Positions 59,625 to 64,000 of a stretch of DNA of 64,000 bases are shown here, one piece after another. Positions within the stretch are counted from its first letter, which is position 1, and the number at the start of each line of letters is the position of its first letter. Source of the DNA: an uncultured delta proteobacterium. GTDB lineage: Bacteria; Desulfobacterota; Desulfuromonadia; Geobacterales; DSM-12255. The stretch spans positions 96,001 to 160,000 of the forward strand of contig CAWBBV010000016.1 of assembly GCA_963787125.1 (NCBI GenBank), read 5' to 3'. The notes beneath the pieces are model-generated. The model searched no databases, was not told the origin of the DNA, and saw nothing but the letters and a program-made list of their open reading frames with translations. Position numbers and translations under genes: made by a program.

Positions 59625-60378
59625 CAACTGCCGGTTGTTCCAGCATCACCATATGACCTGCATCGGGAATCATGCAGAGCGTGGCGTCATTTAGCCCTGC
59701 TGCCAGCTTGAAGCTCTCTTCACGGGGTATGGCCAGATCGTTTTCAGCCCCGATAACAAGCGCTCGCACTTTGAAATCACCAAGCCTCTCACTGTAATCC
59801 TTGCGGTCACGCATTGCCAAAAGCCCGTTGGCTAGCCCTGCCGGTGAAGCAGCCATCATCAGGCCATGCATGTGCGCTACCATTGCCGGATTTTTGGCAA
59901 CTGAACCTGGTGCAAAGAGGATGCGACTGAAAGCATCTGCAACCACGGTCACCCCCGACTGCTGAACTTCGCCCGCCAGAGCGGTACGGCGCGCCTGCCC
60001 TTCTGCATCTTCAGCCCCCCCCCTGGTCACCATGAAACAGGCGCAGCTTACCCGCTCCGGATAGCGGTCGAGCAGGTTCAATAAAACATACCCTCCCATC
60101 GACATCCCGCAGACAGCAGTTTTCTCAAGCCTTAACCGGTCCATCAGCAGGACAATGTCATCACCATACTGATCCATGGAGAAGTCGCCTGTCCCAAGCT
60201 TACTTTTGCCGAATCCCCGCAGATCCGGGGCAATTACCCGAATCTTGCCGGCAAGACCTGATAACTGCTCCCTCCAGATAGCGCCTGTCAGGGGAAAGCC
60301 GTGAATCATGACAAGAGGCATGCCGCTGCCTGCCTCTTCATAATACAGCTCATCGACAACTGAACCGTTCGGGGTCAT
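59587..60378 (-). CDS. Alpha/beta hydrolase
   Basis: HGFP, PDLRGFG, GMSMGG, AGH; 38-bp convergent overlap with the Smr gene. Confidence 0.9.
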   Translation of the reverse strand: MTPNGSVVDELYYEEAGSGMPLVMIHGFPLTGAIWREQLSGLAGKIRVIAPDLRGFGKSKLGTGDFSMDQYGDDIVLLMDRLRLEKTAVCGMSMGGYVLLNLLDRYPERVSCACFMVTRGGAEDAEGQARRTALAGEVQQSGVTVVADAFSRILFAPGSVAKNPAMVAHMHGLMMAASPAGLANGLLAMRDRKDYSERLGDFKVRALVIGAENDLAIPREESFKLAAGLNDATLCMIPDAGHMVMLEQPAVVNRVLAEFLETV

Positions 60379-60953
60379 TTTGCCTCCGGAGTTTTGTACC
60401 GCGGAGAATCATAACCGTTAACGACAATATCAAGGCGGCCGTCATTCGGGCAGAAGATCAGACCGTGAACCGGCACATCCTTAGGAATCAACGGGTTTGC
60501 CCGGATTTTCCCCACCACATCCTCAACATTTTCATTGGGGCAGCCGAAGGCGCCGATCCACTGGGCAAGATCCGGCACATGCCTCTCGATGGCATCAGCC
60601 GCAATGCCGCGCGCAATCATATCGGCTTTGAGCTGTTCCGGATCGACTGAAGCCATGCCGCAGTCTTCATGGCCAATGACGAAAATTTCATCAACCCCGA
60701 GCATAAAGATAGCGGCTACAAGACTTCTGATGACCCCTCCGTGAAGCGGATCAACCAGGGTATTGCCGGCGTTTTTAATCACCTTGGCATCACCACGTTT
60801 TATCCCCATGGCCGGTTCCAGGAAGTCCACCAAGCGCGTATCCATACAGGTAAAGATGGCAAACTGTTTTTTGGGGTTTTTAGGCAGCGGCGGAAATGCG
60901 CCGGGATGAACAAATTTCCGGTTCGCCTTCAAAATGGTGTCAAGCAGAGTCAT
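60375..60953 (-). CDS. Beta-class carbonic anhydrase
   Basis: TCMDTR, KNAG, GHEDCG. Confidence 0.92.
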   Translation of the reverse strand: MTLLDTILKANRKFVHPGAFPPLPKNPKKQFAIFTCMDTRLVDFLEPAMGIKRGDAKVIKNAGNTLVDPLHGGVIRSLVAAIFMLGVDEIFVIGHEDCGMASVDPEQLKADMIARGIAADAIERHVPDLAQWIGAFGCPNENVEDVVGKIRANPLIPKDVPVHGLIFCPNDGRLDIVVNGYDSPRYKTPEAK

Positions 60954-61507
60954 ACGGGCTCCTTATCGGTTGAAAGCCGAATAATATCGGCAATAGTAAA
61001 GCGATCTTTTCCCTGCAAACGCTTGTCTGCATTGTGGGCGACAAAGAGCGCATTGATGGCGACCAGGGCTCTGTTAAGCGTCTCCAGATTTATCACGGCA
61101 CTCCCGGGAAGCGCTGCAGAATTTTTGAAATTTTCCGGGCAACAGTCAACTGCCTTGACCCCGTCAACCTCGGCAAGCAGCGGCAAGCCATGGGTACGGC
61201 AGATAACCGGCCTCGCTTGGTAAACAAGACAGCAATCGTCCAGCAAAAGAGGGCATGAGCCGTTCTCAGACCAGTCACTACGCGTTGCGAGGAGCAACTT
61301 GACCTCAGCGGGGAGTCCGTTGACCGCCTTACCAAGACTGGCAGCCTCGACAGGAAAGAGCGTCAGGTGACGGCAGCAACCGCTGCAACCGGCTCTACAA
61401 GCTATCTCTTCGACAAATGCCGCAGTAATCCCGGCGCAGAGTTGATCAACACGGCATAAGAATGATAGATAGTTGGCAAGATTCTGGTCAGGCAGACGGT
61501 CTGTCAT
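60950..61507 (-). CDS. YkgJ-like cysteine-cluster protein
   Basis: CRAGCSGCC, CPLL, C.VY.ARP.ICR. Confidence 0.88.
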   Translation of the reverse strand: MTDRLPDQNLANYLSFLCRVDQLCAGITAAFVEEIACRAGCSGCCRHLTLFPVEAASLGKAVNGLPAEVKLLLATRSDWSENGSCPLLLDDCCLVYQARPVICRTHGLPLLAEVDGVKAVDCCPENFKNSAALPGSAVINLETLNRALVAINALFVAHNADKRLQGKDRFTIADIIRLSTDKEPV

Positions 61508-61620
61508 TTACGCAGATTAGCCTGAAACCATGCGTTAAGGCAACTTTTTTGCACCCAGAAATGCTTTGACAACACCATGCCCTTAGCCTAATATTGCCCA
61601 AAACGTGCGAGGTTACAGCC

Positions 61621-62589
61621 ATGGAGTCAGTGCTTGCCCTTATCGGCGATGATCTGAAAAACGTCGAAAGGCAGTTTAAAAAAGATCTTGAATCAAATGT
61701 TCCGCTGATCCGGAAAGTGGGAGAGTACGTACTCTCCAGCGGTGGCAAAAGGATTCGTCCGGCACTCCTTCTCCTGGCAGCAAAGCTTCTTGATTATCAG
61801 GGTGAACGGCACGTCCCGCTGGCCAGCGTGGTCGAGTTCATTCATACCGCCACCCTCCTCCATGACGATGTTGTCGACAGTGCCAATATGCGGCGCGGAC
61901 TCGCCTCGGCAAACACCCTCTGGGGTAACGAAGCCTCCGTGCTTGTGGGCGATTTCCTCTTTTCCAAATCCTTCTCCCTCATGGTTGCTGACGGCGATCT
62001 CAATGTCCTGCGGATACTCGCGGGCGCAACCACGCAAATCGCCGAAGGTGAAGTACTCCAGCTTATCTGTACCAGCGATGTCGATATTACCGAAGAACGC
62101 TATATCGAAGTCGTTGTCTGCAAGACCGCTATTCTCCTGGCAGCAGCCTGTCAGGCAGGCGCTGTTATCGGCAACGCTTCTCCGCAGCAGGAAGCCGCCA
62201 TGGCCGCCTTCGGGATGGATATCGGTGTTGCCTTCCAGCTAATGGATGACACTCTGGATTACGTTGCTGACGAGAAAGAGTTCGGCAAAAATATCGGCCA
62301 CGATCTGGAAGAGGGTAAAATTACCCTGCCGCTTATAGAAACTCTGCGCAACTGCTCTGCTGATGAACGGGAAATGGTCAGTGAAATCGTTGTCAAGGAT
62401 GAGTTTTCCCGCGAAGATTTTGATCAGGTTCTGGAACTTGTCACCAGATTCGGGGGGATTGACTACACTGTCAACAAGGCAAAGAAGTTTGTTGCCACCG
62501 CTAAATCGCATCTTGAAATATTCGACGATTCACCCGTACGCGCAGCCCTCTACAAGTTGGCTGACTACGTGGTGACAAGGGGACATTAG
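61621..62589 (+). CDS. ispB: Polyprenyl (octaprenyl) diphosphate synthase
   Basis: GGKRIRP, LHDDVVD, FQLMDDTLD. Confidence 0.9.
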   Translation: MESVLALIGDDLKNVERQFKKDLESNVPLIRKVGEYVLSSGGKRIRPALLLLAAKLLDYQGERHVPLASVVEFIHTATLLHDDVVDSANMRRGLASANTLWGNEASVLVGDFLFSKSFSLMVADGDLNVLRILAGATTQIAEGEVLQLICTSDVDITEERYIEVVVCKTAILLAAACQAGAVIGNASPQQEAAMAAFGMDIGVAFQLMDDTLDYVADEKEFGKNIGHDLEEGKITLPLIETLRNCSADEREMVSEIVVKDEFSREDFDQVLELVTRFGGIDYTVNKAKKFVATAKSHLEIFDDSPVRAALYKLADYVVTRGH

Positions 62590-62594
62590 CCGTG

Positions 62595-63128
62595 ATGAAA
62601 AATTTTATCGTTATTACCCTCCTTATCATGACGGCACTTCTGCCTGCCTGCAGCAAAGAAAAAGAGCCAAAAAAAGCAGCTCCTGTCTCGGTGTCCAAAG
62701 CGGTAGAGGGTGGCGCCGCTCCTGACTTCACCGTAAAAGATCTTGACGGTAAAGAGGTGAAACTGTCTGACCTGAAGGGGTCGGTAGTACTGGTAAACTT
62801 CTGGGCTACCTGGTGTCCACCCTGCAAGGAAGAGATCCCCTCCATGGTGAAGCTTAACAAGGCCATGACAGGGAAAGCGTTCCGGATGCTTGCCATCTCC
62901 ATTGATGAGGATGGTAAAGCGGCCGTAGATAAATATTTCAAAGGAAACAAAGATCTCCCCACCTATCTGGATGCGGAAGGGAAAACATCTCAGCTTTACG
63001 GCACCACCGGTGTCCCGGAAACCTTCGTAGTTGACAAACAGGGGATCATTCAGAAAAAAATCGTCGGCGGCATGGACTGGAGTTCGCCGGACGTCATCGC
63101 CTATATGGATGAACTCCTGAAGAAATAG
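62595..63128 (+). CDS. TlpA/ResA-family thiol-disulfide reductase lipoprotein
   Basis: LPAC lipobox; NFWATWCPPC; GVPET. Confidence 0.9.
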   Translation: MKNFIVITLLIMTALLPACSKEKEPKKAAPVSVSKAVEGGAAPDFTVKDLDGKEVKLSDLKGSVVLVNFWATWCPPCKEEIPSMVKLNKAMTGKAFRMLAISIDEDGKAAVDKYFKGNKDLPTYLDAEGKTSQLYGTTGVPETFVVDKQGIIQKKIVGGMDWSSPDVIAYMDELLKK

Positions 63129-63845
63129 ATGGGCGCCTCGCACGACATATCTCTTCTCGGCGCTTTTGCCGCAGGAATTCTCTCCTTCCTTTCCCCTTGT
63201 GTTCTGCCACTCGTCCCCTCTTTCTTGACGTATCTGACAGGTCTCACCTTTGCCGACCTTCAGGCCGAGCACCCGACCCACTTTGTCCGCAAACAGACGG
63301 TCATTCACTCGCTGCTTTTCATCCTCGGCTTTACCATCGTCTTTGTCATGCTGGGAGCCTCGGCAACATATGCCGGCAGTTTTCTACGCGAAAACATGCA
63401 GATCATGCGCCGGATCGGCGCCGTCCTGATCATGCTTTTTGGCCTCCATGTCTGCGGACTGCTGCCGATAGCGCTGCTTCTTGGCGAGAAACGGGTCAAT
63501 ATCCGCCACAAACCTGCCGGTTACTTCGGCAGCGTCCTGGTGGGGATAACCTTCGCCGCCGGCTGGACACCCTGTATAGGCCCGATTCTCGCCTCAATCC
63601 TCATGGTTGCGGCCGCAGAAAGCACGGTCTATCGAGGCATCCTCCTCCTGCTCGTCTATTCACTCGGCCTCGGGATTCCGTTCTTTCTCTCTGCCCTGGC
63701 TACGCATCGTTTTCTTACTATTTTCAACCGTTTCAAAAAGCATATCCGCCTCTTTGAAATCATCACGGGGATATTTCTTTTCATCGTCGGCATAATGATC
63801 TTCTTTGATAAACTGACGCTGTTGCAGCGCTATTTCAGCTTCTGA
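63129..63845 (+). CDS. ccdA: Cytochrome c biogenesis protein CcdA
   Basis: SFLSPCVLP and GWTPCIGP. Confidence 0.93.
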   Translation: MGASHDISLLGAFAAGILSFLSPCVLPLVPSFLTYLTGLTFADLQAEHPTHFVRKQTVIHSLLFILGFTIVFVMLGASATYAGSFLRENMQIMRRIGAVLIMLFGLHVCGLLPIALLLGEKRVNIRHKPAGYFGSVLVGITFAAGWTPCIGPILASILMVAAAESTVYRGILLLLVYSLGLGIPFFLSALATHRFLTIFNRFKKHIRLFEIITGIFLFIVGIMIFFDKLTLLQRYFSF

Positions 63846-63899
63846 ATTCTTGAGCAAACGAACACCTTAAATATTCAATAGCTGGCCCAGGAGGGACAA

Positions 63900-64000
63900 A
63901 TGGAAATAAAAGATAAATTCTTTCTTGATGCAGGGAATTCAGTTCTGGTGGTAATCGACGTGCAGGAAAAACTCTGCCGGGCGATGGACGAAAAAGTCCT
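63900..64000 (+). CDS. Isochorismatase-family hydrolase (partial, runs off the window)
   Basis: LVVIDVQEKL motif; GGAGG RBS. Confidence 0.75.
   Translation, partial: MEIKDKFFLDAGNSVLVVIDVQEKLCRAMDEKV

Noticed and set aside
10016..63857. Long antisense or alternate-frame ORFs (e.g. 11507-12595, 16096-17118, 53703-54620, 62586-63308)
   Set aside because: Shadows of well-supported genes in GC-rich DNA, with no recognisable motifs.
1..64000. tRNA, rRNA, prophage or integrase genes
   Set aside because: None recognised by eye; tRNAscan-SE and Infernal were not run.

Overview
Bacterial chromosome segment whose gene content (multiheme CxxCH/CX4CH cytochrome, actP, ccdA/TlpA) points to a Geobacteraceae-like Desulfuromonadia. 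Housekeeping blocks: nadD-rsfS-rlmH-gpmI; a ~33-heme cytochrome followed by a ~4,180-aa beta-propeller/FN3/Ig surface protein; a leucine/isovalerate degradation (liu) operon; actP; TPP-riboswitch thiSGE; SAM-I-riboswitch metX; lpxC; ispB-TlpA-ccdA. The most notable region is 28.4-35.4 kb. A RAYT-type HUH transposase sits between inverted GGGGACGTWGTTAAG ends. Around it are miniature end-only copies, nested one-ended tandem duplications and toxin-antitoxin pairs. One miniature has a group II intron in one arm and an IS110/IS1111 element in the other. Both RNA-guided elements carry candidate guide sequences (intron EBS2/EBS1; bridge-RNA target loop) that spell the same repeat, TTAACAACGTCC. All calls come from manual reading; no database searches or RNA folding were run.
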